Shown here piece by piece: positions 33,767 through 48,800 of a stretch of 64,000 nucleotides of DNA. This stretch comes from Corallochytrium limacisporum Hawaii. Its lineage: Eukaryota; Protista; Pluriformea. Positions within the stretch are counted from its first letter, which is position 1. Every line of letters begins with the position of its first letter. The DNA lies in contig PDIP01000043.1 of NCBI GenBank assembly GCA_002811645.1, positions 84,099-148,098 of the forward strand, in the 5' to 3' direction. The translations under genes were made by a program, and so were the position numbers. The notes beneath the pieces are model-generated. The model saw only the letters and a list, made by a program, of their open reading frames with translations. It did not search any database and had not been told where the DNA came from.

Positions 33767-34258
33767 TTACTGAGCGGCAGCCTGGGCTTTTTCCTCAGCA
33801 ACACCACTCTTCATGCGGTAGTCCTTAATGGCCGCCTTGATGCCATCCTCGGCAAGCATACTACAATGCAACTTAACAGGCGGCAGACGGAGTTCCTTGG
33901 CAATGTCCTGATTCTTAATTTTCAGAGCATCATCCAAACTCTTGCCCTTGATCCACTCGGTAGCCAATGAGGAAGACGCAATGGCACTACCACAACCAAA
34001 CGTTTTGAAGCGAGCATCTGTAATATTTCCATCGTTGTCGACTTCAATCTGAATCTTCATAACGTCTCCGCAGGCAGGGGCACCCACAAGTCCGGTTCCC
34101 ACATTCTTTTTCTTCTTGTCCATGGCACCCATGTTTCGAGGGTTCTCGTAGTGATCGATCACATTTTTGTGATAACTGCGGACACCATTGACCATAGGGG
34201 CGGCAGCAGACCGCATGGCAAACTTGCCGATACTCTTGGTTGCAGCAATCCTCAACAT
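33767..34258 (-). CDS. ISCU: Mitochondrial iron-sulfur cluster scaffold
   Basis: Presequence ending VRSYH; IDHYENPRN, GAPACGDVM, FKTFGCGSAIASSS, LPPVKLHCSMLAED; ATG at 34258. Confidence 0.97.
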   Translation of the reverse strand: MLRIAATKSIGKFAMRSAAAPMVNGVRSYHKNVIDHYENPRNMGAMDKKKKNVGTGLVGAPACGDVMKIQIEVDNDGNITDARFKTFGCGSAIASSSLATEWIKGKSLDDALKIKNQDIAKELRLPPVKLHCSMLAEDGIKAAIKDYRMKSGVAEEKAQAAAQ

Positions 34259-34632
34259 TTTATGTCTTTGTACTTGTCTCTGTCCCAAAAATATGTAAAC
34301 TTCGAAAATGAAGACTTCCCGTTTACTGCTTACAAACAATTCTTCTTTTATTCTCGTGTTAATTAGCCACAACTACTGTTCCTGAAATAGCATAAAGATT
34401 GATCAGAAGAAATAAAACCAACGAACCAGCTCTATTGCAAACACTTCAATTGTTCGCCTGTTTCAGACACCGCAGTTTAAGGTGCTGTAAGACTTCGACT
34501 CTGTTCGTGTCACACACACACACATCCCTCTCTTAACCCATTCGCCGCCGGAATGTGGTTACATTCACTATCCAAAGGCGCCCCCGTTGCAACATGCTGT
34601 TGTCTTCGGAGTTTCTCTCTCTCCCCCCCCCC

Positions 34633-34671
34633 NNNNNNNNNNNNNNNNNNNNNNNNNNNNNNNNNNNNNNN
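34633..34671. other. Assembly gap flanked by a duplicated TCTTCGGAGTTTCTCTCTCTCCCCCC
   Basis: Same sequence starts at 34603 and 34672. Confidence 0.95.
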
Positions 34672-35668
34672 TCTTCGGAGTTTCTCTCTCTCCCCCCCTC
34701 CCCCGGCCTTCCCTCCCCCGCTATTGTTAATGCTCTTGGCCCCCTCCCCACACTCTCTAATTTCCTTGCAATACGCACCCCTTGCTCTTTCGCTTCCCTT
34801 GTGTTTTTCCAGCCGGCATCTGGTCGTATTACAGTTGGGCTACAAAGGAGAATGGCATGTACACGTGATTAGTGGAAACTGGTCCACTCAGCCGATCCAT
34901 TCAGTATAAAATTCGTGGGGTAAGCGGTACAGGTTCTACACGAGGGGTGAGGTCTGCGCAACGGGGGATGCTTCGAATGAGATTTTGGTCGAGAACAATT
35001 GTAGGTGTGACCACAATTCTATAGTGAGTATATGGACATTCGATGTCCGTCCCTTGAAAGGGAATGAAGCACGGTCAGCACAGCGATGACCTGTCTCCCG
35101 TACGGATCGAGGGGGGACATCTTGCTTACACCGAGGCAGATCCTATATTGAACATATGGTGGTCTCCGATGTCAAGTTTTGCTTTGGTGAGCTAAGATTA
35201 TGCAGCCAATTTCGTGAGAACTCGTAGCTTCATCAAGGTGTGGGAGCGCCGCTAACATGTTCTTCTTCTGCAATGCTGAATGTACGCTAAATTCTCAACG
35301 CTGCTTGGCAGTAGGGAGGCAGATGAGGTGATGACAACTTCCCTCGGTTGCATTTTTCGTTTCTAATTCCTATAGTGAATATAAGGGAAGTGAAGGGCAG
35401 GGATGCGAATGATCGGTATCAAGGAAACTCGCGATTGGAGCTTCCCTCTTTGTCATCGTCTGTCAGTTACAAAACTGATACCCTGGTATAAATGAATTAA
35501 CAACTTTGTGGTGAACAAAATTTATTGGTGGGATGGCTTGCTGCTTGTGATGATCAAGGTTGAGGGGGCTCTTGATGTATCCCTGTCATGATGTAAAATT
35601 GTATGGTGTATTGCGCATGAAAATAAAATAACAAAGATGAATCCTCTTGGTGTGTGTGAATCTCGCTC

Positions 35669-37207
35669 TTAGGAAGATGACGGTGGTGCGAGTGCACTGG
35701 CCACATCGATTACGCTGACCTTGGCGTCTGCGTAGGACACGGCTAGTTCGTTTGCGGTACCACTCCAGGCCAAGCTGAAGACAGCGGTCTGTCCCATGTG
35801 TCCCCGTTGGAGGGCACCGTTCGTGGTCGACCACACAAAGACCATGTGATCAATGGAGCCTGTAGCAAGGTACTCACCATCTTTGCTGAAATCTAGGGCA
35901 TAGACAGGTTTCTTGTGCTTTGTCAGTTCTTGCACACATTGCTTTGTCTCCATATCAAATATCTGCACCAGTCCTGGGGAGTTTCGTCCCGATCCACTCG
36001 CAGCAGCAATGTAAGGATTGTCCTTGCCCGGCTCTTGCGGTGGACACCACTTAACAATGTGAACTTTGGCATCCAGATTGAGCGTTGTCGTCGCTTGTAA
36101 GCTCTCTCCGTCCCACAGTTTGATCGTTCCGTCGTCGGAACAAGAGGCCAACAGTTTGCCCTTGCTGTCCCATTCGATGCAATTGACTTCGCCTTTGTGT
36201 GCCTTTAAGGTGCCCAAGACTTGCTGGCGACTCACGTCTGCAATCATGATAAGACCATCGGCTCCAGCGGTGGCCAGTACGGTGTCGTCGCGCCACGAGA
36301 GGTCCATGACCCTGCTGGAGTGGCCGGTTAGCGTGTAAGCGACAGTTCCGGTGCTTGCGTCCCAGACCACTGCCTTACCCTGCATGCACGCCGCACCGAT
36401 ATACTTTCCATCGGGACTGTAGGATGTGTACATGATGCCACCAGCTGAGCTGCTCATTGCGCGAAGCATCTTCCCCTGTGCGCTCCATAGCAGAACTTGA
36501 CCGTCCAGCAAGCTGAATATTATGTTCTGGCCGTCTGGGCTCCATGCAACGCTGGTAACATGGCGGCGATGGGCACTATCACCGTTAGTTAGCACTGTAG
36601 ATGCGGGCGGTGACAGAGTTATGTGATCGAAAGTTTCCATGTCGGTTTCTGTTTTGATACCCGAATGAATGTTCCAGATGCGGACTGTGCCGTCGGCAGC
36701 GCCCGCGGCCAGACTCTTGCCATCAGGGCTCCAGGCGGATATCAGGACCTGTGAAGAGTGTCCCGAAAGGTCTGAAAGGGAACTGGGTGGAAACAATAAG
36801 TCACTGGCAATGCGCGGTGTCGAGGACTCGAACTCAGAGTCCTTGCGACTGCGCTTGGCCTTGGTGCCACCATATCCCTGATCTATTGAACCATTCCGCT
36901 TGCGCTCGTTGGCACTGTAAAGAGGCAATGGATCTCCCCGCACCTTGCACTTGTGCGGCTTTACCAATGAAAAAGGTTCCTGGCAATCCACTACTGTTCC
37001 GTCTTCCTGGATATGAGTCTCCGCTTCCACATACTGTAGTCCCTTTTGAATCACAGAGATCAAAGCACCAGTGGGGACTAGTGCTCCGTTGATGCTGGAT
37101 TTCGTTATAAAGCTTTCGTGGCCAAACAGAAATGCTGTATGTTCGAAACCGCTCTCCAGCAAGTATCTGTACACGAGGAAATTTACCTCGTCGCTGTGTA
37201 GTGACAT
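35669..37207 (-). CDS. TBL1XR1: TBL1/Sif2-family LisH and WD40 corepressor subunit
   Basis: SDEVNFLVYRYLLESGFEHTAF LisH, VPTGALISVIQKGLQYVEAE, multiple WD40 repeats. Confidence 0.9.
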   Translation of the reverse strand: MSLHSDEVNFLVYRYLLESGFEHTAFLFGHESFITKSSINGALVPTGALISVIQKGLQYVEAETHIQEDGTVVDCQEPFSLVKPHKCKVRGDPLPLYSANERKRNGSIDQGYGGTKAKRSRKDSEFESSTPRIASDLLFPPSSLSDLSGHSSQVLISAWSPDGKSLAAGAADGTVRIWNIHSGIKTETDMETFDHITLSPPASTVLTNGDSAHRRHVTSVAWSPDGQNIIFSLLDGQVLLWSAQGKMLRAMSSSAGGIMYTSYSPDGKYIGAACMQGKAVVWDASTGTVAYTLTGHSSRVMDLSWRDDTVLATAGADGLIMIADVSRQQVLGTLKAHKGEVNCIEWDSKGKLLASCSDDGTIKLWDGESLQATTTLNLDAKVHIVKWCPPQEPGKDNPYIAAASGSGRNSPGLVQIFDMETKQCVQELTKHKKPVYALDFSKDGEYLATGSIDHMVFVWSTTNGALQRGHMGQTAVFSLAWSGTANELAVSYADAKVSVIDVASALAPPSSS

Positions 37208-38241
37208 ATTTGTCAGTTGTCTGTTATATGTATGTGATATGTGATTAGGTTATGGTTTTGAAATATTAATTATGAGTACCGAACATTGCTAAAACACATG
37301 GCGCTTCTGAATAAACAAACAAGGTCGTCCAGATGTCAACAATGTGCACAGCGGCCCGGACAGAATTGAGCTGAGCCGACATGTATGAAAACAATACGTG
37401 CCTATACCAAATGATATCCGTATGACTTGATTCCGATCAAAAAATAGCTTTTGATTTGTATTTCACCCGCGAAACATTGAGGGACACGCAACAATACGAG
37501 CTTCGACTATACCGCTATTCAGGAAGCGACGTCCCTGAATGCGCAGAGGTGGAGGTGTGAAGTGAAGCGCGCAACCACGATAGCGCGACCAATGGCGAGC
37601 AGTTTGTCCACTGTCCAACAGAGCGCAGCCAGCTTTGCGCCGATCCCTTGATTCCACCACCGTTCCCAATCACACCACCGGCAATAATTTAGGGTCAACA
37701 ATGCTCTGAACGATAACGAAAAAGGGACTGCCGGAAGTTTCCTCCTCCCCTTCGGAATAGAAAAATCCGGACCCGGTACTGAAACTACCAGAGCCCGAGT
37801 GCGGTATCCTGTTCATGTTATTCGTCGGTTCCAAAATTCTTTCCACACCGCCCCCTCATTCTCTCCGATAGCGAAAGTACCGCAGGGCCTCGCCGCTTGT
37901 GCCCTCGTTTCCCTCCATTTTTTGGGGACCAAACCACCTTACCCCGCCCTCGCAATATTTCGGCACGCGGAGAGCTTGGAACGGAATACTGAATGTGCAG
38001 GGTTTTTTTGCTCAGTCTGTGGTGTGTATATGTTGTTTGCTCGCCCCGGTTTCGACCACAGTATTACTCTCTCTCGCTTTTGGCGCCCGAAAAAGTGGAC
38101 GGATTTCGGTACTTTCAGTACCATCCTGTGCAGACAAAGTCCCATATGGCCAATCTTCAATATTTTGATTCACAAGATATATTTCAATTGATGTCATTGA
38201 TCTGAAGAACGGTGGGATCTACCTATTCAGTTTTGCTTCAT

Positions 38242-39003
38242 CTACTCCTTGACACCTGTGACCACGAACACGGGATCATGTCCGTTCGGCAGCGTAACAT
38301 CAAAAGCAGCTAGCTGCTTGAAACCAGCAAAGTGCAGGACTGTGGCCACCAACCAGCAGTGATCGTGGTCAGAGGTCTCACGCCACACTAACGTCGCCTT
38401 CGTTGGGAAGAGACGGTTCGTGAACGCGAAGATTGCTCGACCCTGCGGACGGAGCACCCGATGTAGATCCTTCATAACCTCTAGAGGATCCGATAGATAA
38501 TCCACAGAGAGCGCACATGTGACCATGTCGAACGATCCGTCGTCGTAAGGCATGATGTTCCCGGAAAGCATCCCAGTCCCTCGTGCATCAGTGGCTGCGT
38601 TCAGATCGACGACATCCCGTCCATCTTTGAGCATTGGGTTACTATCCAGTTCCTCTTGGTTCAATCCAAGACCCACAAACTTGCCGTAGAATTTGGTGCT
38701 GTCTTTGTCCTTTGGCATGTGGGTGACCCAGCTGCTCATGACATCGAGGACATCGACCTTGGCTTCACTCCTGTCCTCAGCCATCTCTTTTAAGACTCGC
38801 GCATGGTACTGACTTATTGCCTCACGTCCTTCATCATCGATGTGGTGAACAAAACGTGGCGTAGAGTAGAACATTGTGTCAGGACTGCGATCTATTCGGC
38901 TGAAGTGCTTCGCCTCGAATGGGTACTGCTCAGGAATGGCATGCTTCTTGCAAATGGGTATCAGGATGTTCGCATTGTGGTCAAGAATTTCGGCTCGGCC
39001 CAT
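38242..39003 (-). CDS. Class I SAM-dependent methyltransferase (type 11-like); start uncertain
   Basis: FSRIDRSPDTMFYSTPRFVHHIDD, VLDVMSSWVTH, GLGLNQEEL, FDMVTCALSVDYL, FTNRLFPTKA; first ATG at 39003 but the frame is open upstream. Confidence 0.85.
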   Translation of the reverse strand: MGRAEILDHNANILIPICKKHAIPEQYPFEAKHFSRIDRSPDTMFYSTPRFVHHIDDEGREAISQYHARVLKEMAEDRSEAKVDVLDVMSSWVTHMPKDKDSTKFYGKFVGLGLNQEELDSNPMLKDGRDVVDLNAATDARGTGMLSGNIMPYDDGSFDMVTCALSVDYLSDPLEVMKDLHRVLRPQGRAIFAFTNRLFPTKATLVWRETSDHDHCWLVATVLHFAGFKQLAAFDVTLPNGHDPVFVVTGVKE

Positions 39004-39933
39004 TGTTGCGGCAGAGCTCTCTGTACCATACGCTCGGACTGTCCAAAAGTTTCCTATACGCTTCAGTAGGGCGGTTTCACTGTGGATGATCGGAACAGAG
39101 ACCGCAGCGAGGGTGGCCACCACCGCTGCCGCTGATGCTAGCCTACCACGGCACTGAATAGTGCAAGAGTGTGAACGATTTCCCTTGTCAGATTCGAAAT
39201 GTTCACTCGGCCTCTGTAGATTTCTTAAGTTAGGGCTTCGTTCATTCGCGAGTGACGATGCATGACACACACACGATACGCGATCTGTTTAGTTCAAAAT
39301 AGGGTAACTATTAAACTCCTCGAAGGTCCTGTAAGGTCTGTATCTGTTAACGTTAACGTAAGGCAGTGTCAGCTGCAGAACAGCGCGAGCCACTTTGTTT
39401 TGTCTCGAATGGTTTGGATCGGATCCGTCTCATCCGTGCGCAACGAAACGCCTGGGCGGGCGGGTCACCCTCATCCGGGAGGGGCTCCATGGGCCCTGCT
39501 TGCTGCGACCGACTCTCGCGGGCCTCGGTCGCAGGCGAGGTGGGGCTCCCTTTCAGTGGTGCTGTGCTTTTCCTGCCCACCCGCGACGGTGCGAACGCCA
39601 GGCAGAGAAAAAGTCTGACGGTCAGCATTCCGGGGCTTAAGTGCCCGCACGTTCTGCTCGGCTGGACACATCCAGCTGGTCGGCAACATGGCTTGAAGCA
39701 TGGACACGTATGCGAACAACTTGATGGACAGAAACGTCTGAACACGTGAAGGAATAAGAATGTGTACACTGTGAATGAATCACGAAGTGGACAATAAGAC
39801 GGGATATTGGTGTACACACCACGTACAAGGAAAGGGAGCCCTGGCTGGGTGCACGGAGTCCCGGGGCCGGTCGATGTGACATAGTTTTCAACAACAGCTA
39901 AGGCAACTGGTGGGCACTAAACAACTTTGAGCC

Positions 39934-40515
39934 ATGGGTAAGAAAAAGATGAAGGGCCGCGGGCGGTCATACATGCCCGCAGAAGAGAAGGAAATGCTCG
40001 AACGACAGGAGCGCATAGTCCGATCAAAGGACATTATTCTCGAGGACGGCGAAGATGGCCGGGAAATCAAGGAAGACTGGGACACCAGTTCTTCAGAAGG
40101 ATCAGGCTCGGGGTCTGGATCCGAGGACTCCTCCGAATTTGAAAAGTCGAAAAAGCCTAAAGGCCCTGTGGTCGAGGGCTTTGAAGTCTGCAATCCAAAC
40201 GATGTGAAAACCATTACCAAGAAAGCCGGTGAACTGGACCTTGGACAGAAGCGCGAACTGACCCGTCGCGAACGGGAGGCAATCGAAGCAGAGCGAGCAA
40301 AGCGTCAGTACGAGAAGCTTCATGCCCAGGGCAAGACGGACGAAGCCAAGGCTGACTTGGCCCGCCTGGCAGAGATCCGGAAGCAGCGCGAAGAAGCCGC
40401 TGAGAAGCGTGCAGAGGAGAAACGCCAAAAGGAAGAGGAGAAGGTCCGCAAGGCTGAGGCCCTGAAGGCTGCATTGGGCAACAAAGGACAGAAGAAGGGT
40501 GGCAAGAAAAAGTGA
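39934..40515 (+). CDS. PDAP1: 28 kDa heat- and acid-stable phosphoprotein (PP28 domain)
   Basis: [11 protein letters not shown]...[29 protein letters not shown]. Confidence 0.9.
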   Translation: MGKKKMKGRGRSYMPAEEKEMLERQERIVRSKDIILEDGEDGREIKEDWDTSSSEGSGSGSGSEDSSEFEKSKKPKGPVVEGFEVCNPNDVKTITKKAGELDLGQKRELTRREREAIEAERAKRQYEKLHAQGKTDEAKADLARLAEIRKQREEAAEKRAEEKRQKEEEKVRKAEALKAALGNKGQKKGGKKK

Positions 40516-40647
40516 AGGTGTGAGAAAGTTCAAATTTGCTCGCTTATCGAAAGCTTCCGCATAAGCATGACATATCCGTGTATCATATTTGCTATCCATT
40601 TTCATCTAATTTAATACTAAGCCTTTTTTTTTGTTTCTATTGACTGT

Positions 40648-41268
40648 TCACTGTCCTGCTGCTCGTGCCACTGACTGCATGCTGTGGTTTGCGCTGTTTT
40701 CGACCCTACGGCTCTGCTGTTGATCCGTTTGGTGATGCTCAAGATGGTGGCCAGGGCTGTATAACCACTCCGGAGGGTGTGCTGGGACGGAGATCAGGTC
40801 GGTGTCGAAGAATTCAATGAATTGCTCGTTCAACAGGCGAATCTTTGACCCTGCATAACGACGATATTCCTCAAAAATGGCTGTCAGACTCCATCCTTGG
40901 AGCTTGCGTAGACATCCGATTACCATACCGGTGCGGTGCCGTCCCAGGTTGCACATAACGAGCACCGGATAATTTTCGTTCTGCAGCAAGATCTCAAGAG
41001 CTGCCAGGACTACTTCTTCACTAATCGGTGCGACCGTCCCTCCACCTAAATTTCCTGGCTCCATCTCTCCGAGATTGTGCAGATTCATGTCGTGGTCATC
41101 CACGAAGTTCAATATGGCCGTCGGAGGATCGTCCGGTGCGAGATAGATGATAGTCTTGATCCGAAGTTTCTCCAGGAAGGGAAAGTTCAGTTCATTGGGC
41201 TCACCCGATCGATAGAGATCCGCCTCCACGAACCCAAAGTTCATGGGTGCGATGAAATTCTGTGTCAT
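40648..41268 (-). CDS. OCA1: Oca1/Siw14-family atypical dual-specificity phosphatase
   Basis: PMNFGFVEADLYRSG, NFPFLEKL, catalytic CNLGRHRTG, IFEEYRRY, NEQFIEFFD. Confidence 0.85.
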   Translation of the reverse strand: MTQNFIAPMNFGFVEADLYRSGEPNELNFPFLEKLRIKTIIYLAPDDPPTAILNFVDDHDMNLHNLGEMEPGNLGGGTVAPISEEVVLAALEILLQNENYPVLVMCNLGRHRTGMVIGCLRKLQGWSLTAIFEEYRRYAGSKIRLLNEQFIEFFDTDLISVPAHPPEWLYSPGHHLEHHQTDQQQSRRVENSANHSMQSVARAAGQ

Positions 41269-41895
41269 TTAGAAATCGTACTGGTTTCCTTATATATGCC
41301 GACGAGTTACATGGATGTTCTCGGACATAGTTTGCTCTTTCTTGCTTGTTGCTCTCCAAGTTTGATGACCAGCTGTCGTCAAAATACCGTAATAGTTGGC
41401 TATCAAAGCATTTGCATTGTATTGACAATATTGTTCACAAGTACCCGAAAACCTGTAATAGGACTGCCACCAAATTCGAACGGTCTTCGAAACCAACCAG
41501 TGCCTTGGCCATATTGGTGCCGTACGATGCCACAGGTGCCCAGTCTGTGCATTCTCCCTCGCGTTGCCCGGTCAGCCCTATTCGGTAGGTGGGGGAGTCC
41601 AATTTTCTACTGCTCCTTCCCCACCCTCTTAACCCCCCTTACGAAAGCCAACCCGCGGATGCAAACTAACCCGCTGACACGCGTGAGAAGCCAGTCAGTT
41701 CCGTGCGGGTGCAAGGTAGATCAGGACTGTGCACTCTCATCAAGAAGAGAGGTGCAGAGGACTCAGTTCAGCTGAAACACAAGAACGCTGACTACTGCAG
41801 TCCGTGCTACACTCTTTCTCGCACAGGGAATCGATAGACGTAGCCAACGTGCACTATCTAGGAGTTGCAACTCTCAGTCTTTGCACAGCGACAAT

Positions 41896-42585
41896 ATGAG
41901 AATGTCAGACTCCAAGCAGTGTACGCATGTCATTTTTGACATGGACGGGTTGCTCCTTGACACAGAAAGTTTATACACGAAGGTCACCGCTGAAATTCTG
42001 GCAAGATTCAACAAGGAATACACGTACGAGATAAAGCGAGAACTAATGGGTAAACCATCCGCAGATGCAGGCAGACGGTTGGTGGAACTGACAGGAATAG
42101 ACATGTCTCCCGAAGACTACCTGGAGGAACGCACACGGAAACACCGGGAAGTGTTTCCCTTTGCCGAATTGATGCCTGGAGCCCAGTGGCTAGTCGAGAC
42201 ACTGCACCAGAATAATGTACCCATATGCGTGGCGACAAGCTCGAACAAGGACATCGTGGATCTCAAGATTCAGAAGCACAAGGAACTCTTTAAATTATTT
42301 GATCACATCGTCTGTGGTGACGACGAGGAGGTAGCAAAGGGTAAGCCGAATCCAGACATTTTCCTAGTCGCTGCCAGTCGGTTTGACCCACCAGCTAACC
42401 CTAGCAAATGTGTCGTCTTCGAGGACAGTCCAGCTGGTGTCAAGGCAGCCAAGTCAGCTGGCATGAGCTGCATCATGGTACCGGATCCACGAGAGAAGGA
42501 TCACGGTGATTCGGACGATGTACTGTCAACCCTTGAGCACTTCAAACCTGCCGACTGGGGTCTCACTGTTGAAAATGTGGCATAG
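41896..42585 (+). CDS. PUDP: HAD-superfamily phosphatase, pseudouridine-5'-phosphatase-like (HDHD1)
   Basis: THVIFDMDGLLLDTE, VATSS, GKPNPDIFL, VFEDSPAGV; ATG at 41896 or 41902. Confidence 0.88.
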   Translation: MRMSDSKQCTHVIFDMDGLLLDTESLYTKVTAEILARFNKEYTYEIKRELMGKPSADAGRRLVELTGIDMSPEDYLEERTRKHREVFPFAELMPGAQWLVETLHQNNVPICVATSSNKDIVDLKIQKHKELFKLFDHIVCGDDEEVAKGKPNPDIFLVAASRFDPPANPSKCVVFEDSPAGVKAAKSAGMSCIMVPDPREKDHGDSDDVLSTLEHFKPADWGLTVENVA

Positions 42586-42729
42586 GCAATCATCCTCATC
42601 AGCTTCTCTTGCATTGGTCAACAGAATTCCCCGCGGTACCAATGCTACATAGTAAGTATGTTAAGCTATTATCCAATTCTATTGTTGTCTAAGTTGGTCT
42701 TTACACTGTAAACCGTTCCATTGTCTAAT

Positions 42730-45891
<3,162 letters not shown>

Positions 45892-48800
45892 CTATATAGT
45901 TTCACTACCTGACTTGATGCCCTTATACGGGCATTTCTGCGTTATTTGACTGCAAATCAACCGTATTCCTCGTGTGCGAACTCTTGTACTGATCTCAATA
46001 TGCAGTTTATATCATGATTAGATATGTGCTAATAAGATGAACCGCCTTTCCGAAATAGCATTAGCCTGAAATACGAATATCTGCAGTAGACCTGTTCACA
46101 ACTTATCTGCCATTGGCTACGGTTATTAGTCCATTCCACTACGGTCTCTACAGTCAACAAACCTGAATACACTTCGCTACATCAAGTGTTGATGATAGAC
46201 ATATTAACGCATTATTGATAGGATTGAGGTCGGACGAAGTACACAATCCTGCAAAATGACCTCCATCCGGTTCCCTCCTCGTCTCCTCTCCCCACAGCTC
46301 TGACCTCGTTCGGACGAAAGGTATGCAAAAGGACGTTCATGGACAGGCTCCTCCACGGTTATTAAATGATCCTATATCAAATATACGAACAGTTCGGCAA
46401 CAGACAATACATCCGCACTCCCCTTTTCCCTCGTGCACAATGGGAATGCTTCTTGGTGAACTTGCCCAGCGCATGCTGCATTCTTCTTTCCTTTGTGATC
46501 GTGGTGACCTGCCCCGCCGTTGGTTGCAACTCGAAGGATGGTTCTGCTCGATTCACTTTCTTACGCCTCCGGTTGACAATGTCGGTTGTCCCTCTGCCGT
46601 GCTACTGCTCGTGCTACTGTGGATGACTTGAAGTTTGAGAAACTTCACAAACAAGTTGGGTTCCCCCCGTCGTGGTCGCGTGCAAGAGCCAGCAGACCCG
46701 TCATGTCTTTTTTGCTTCATCGCCTCCACCCTCGCCTCGCCTTGGCGACACAGCCCACAACCGCCGATGCACCGAAGGTGAAGAAGGCACAAGACTTGAG
46801 TGCGTGTGTGACGTGTCCTTTTTTGGTCCCTAACCCCATCCCCTTCCCCCCTCCCCCCCCTAGGGGGCGACCAGTGTCAGAAATCCATAGGAACGCATTA
46901 GGTACGCGGTTACTGTGACGAACAAACGGACGTGCCGGGACCCGTAAAAAACGAACGACCGAAGCGAAAAAAAAAAAAAAAAAAAAAAGGAAAAAGAAAC
47001 AGACAAGGAAGGCAACGAAAGAGAGAAGGGGGCCTCATTTTAGCGGGCCAATGTCCACCCAAGTCCGGGCGGGGTCGGCAGAGAATTGACTGCATACTCC
47101 GAAAAAAAAAAAAAAAAGGATTAAGAAAGAAGGGGGATACGGGTTTAGCCTGTGTGAGAAAGTACGGAGCTTTTCGGGTTTTGATGGAGAAACTGGCATC
47201 GCGAGACGGTGGCTGGGGAGTCGCCCCTCTCTGGGTGCCCCGCTTGTGAACAACAGGCGTGCTAGAGAATAATTTGGGCCCCGCTCAGCCGCACAGTCGT
47301 CTCCGTCCCTCTGTCGCTGCTCCCTCTACCCGGTCATTGGGTTTCCCAGGGTAACGCAGTTGCAATCGAAATCCTTTTTTTTTTGGGTTTCACGGGGACC
47401 GAGTCGACCGACAACAAGGACAAGAAAAACTGCAGATAAAGCACCGTTACGCTACACTGTTGCGCGCTTCATTGCTCACTAATCCTCTCGCTCGCAGCCC
47501 ATAAAACGTTACTGCCATCTCTCTTAATTCCGACTGATGTCAAAGAGGATAAGACCCCATGCCTTTCCCTGGAAGCGAATGTCGTGTCGTTGTGGCAGAG
47601 CAAGCCGCAGACATGCTCCCCAAGCACATACCAAAGACACACTGACTCACATACTCACGTAACTAGCAAGAACAAGAAGCAGCACTGCTTTCTCCCTTTC
47701 TTGCGTAGGCGTTCCAATTTTCAACTGTAATGACTGTGCAAGATGGTTGATTGGCGGAGGAGTTTGCATATCGTACTGCACAATCCAGCACTCTTGAACA
47801 GAAGCTCCGTATGAGGGAGACTGAGACACTGGAACTGTAGCCGGTTCCTCTGATAGATTAGATGGACATACCTCAATGTGCTTCATCGACCGTGGTACCA
47901 CCGGCGGCACCCCGGAGTTCTCTGTGTTTTGGATGTCGACCAAGGAATACAAAGTCCATGACTTCTCACCGGCCGATGTGGCAGTGGAGCACGCATTAGG
48001 ATGCACAGAGCACGGGATTGTTATTAGGATATCGGGCCTAATCCTAATGTATGCATGTACACAATACCACTGAAGACAATCTGCACTACCAGCAGCATCA
48101 CAGTAGAGAAGAAGACAGGTTTAGAGCTGTAAGTTGATGCTCAAGCGTGTTTGCTGTGGGCGAAACTGGCGGCATGAAACCTGTTTAAAACTGCAGCTTC
48201 GCCTGAGACCCAGTTGAAAATCACAATCAACAATCGAGAAAGTGGCATCTTTTTTCATATTTTTGACCTATGATTCGATAGTTTTGAATGCCGTAAATCT
48301 ATAGATAGAGTTTCTTCGGTTATTCAGTACAAATAGAATTTGTGGATTCTATTGATTTACATAAAATGATACATGGCACTTTACGATGGGACCATCGCTT
48401 GTGCACAATGGCTTCAACGGTTCGTTCGACCCGTATATTTGACAGGTTTGAGAGCCCAGGCATATTACGATAGTAGTTGCTAAACACAAACAGACATCTT
48501 CTCTGCCTATTCTGCATCGCCTCTGGCACCCTCAGAGGTTCCATCCCATGGTAGATCTTCTGACCTGCTGATTTCGTGCCGCGATTCAACGATGCTCACG
48601 ACTGATAATCATGCGTTGTACCCAGCCGGAAAGGGCAACCCTGCGATGAGTCAAGATTGGGTCTTACTCTGAAGCTTATGTTGTCTCGAACGATGATGAC
48701 ACTTTCACATCATAATGTCATCCTTTGCATAGTCAATGTACTCACGGATAGAGGGTGAAAGCGCTACTATGTTTCTTGTTCGTGAGCGAAACAGTCACCT

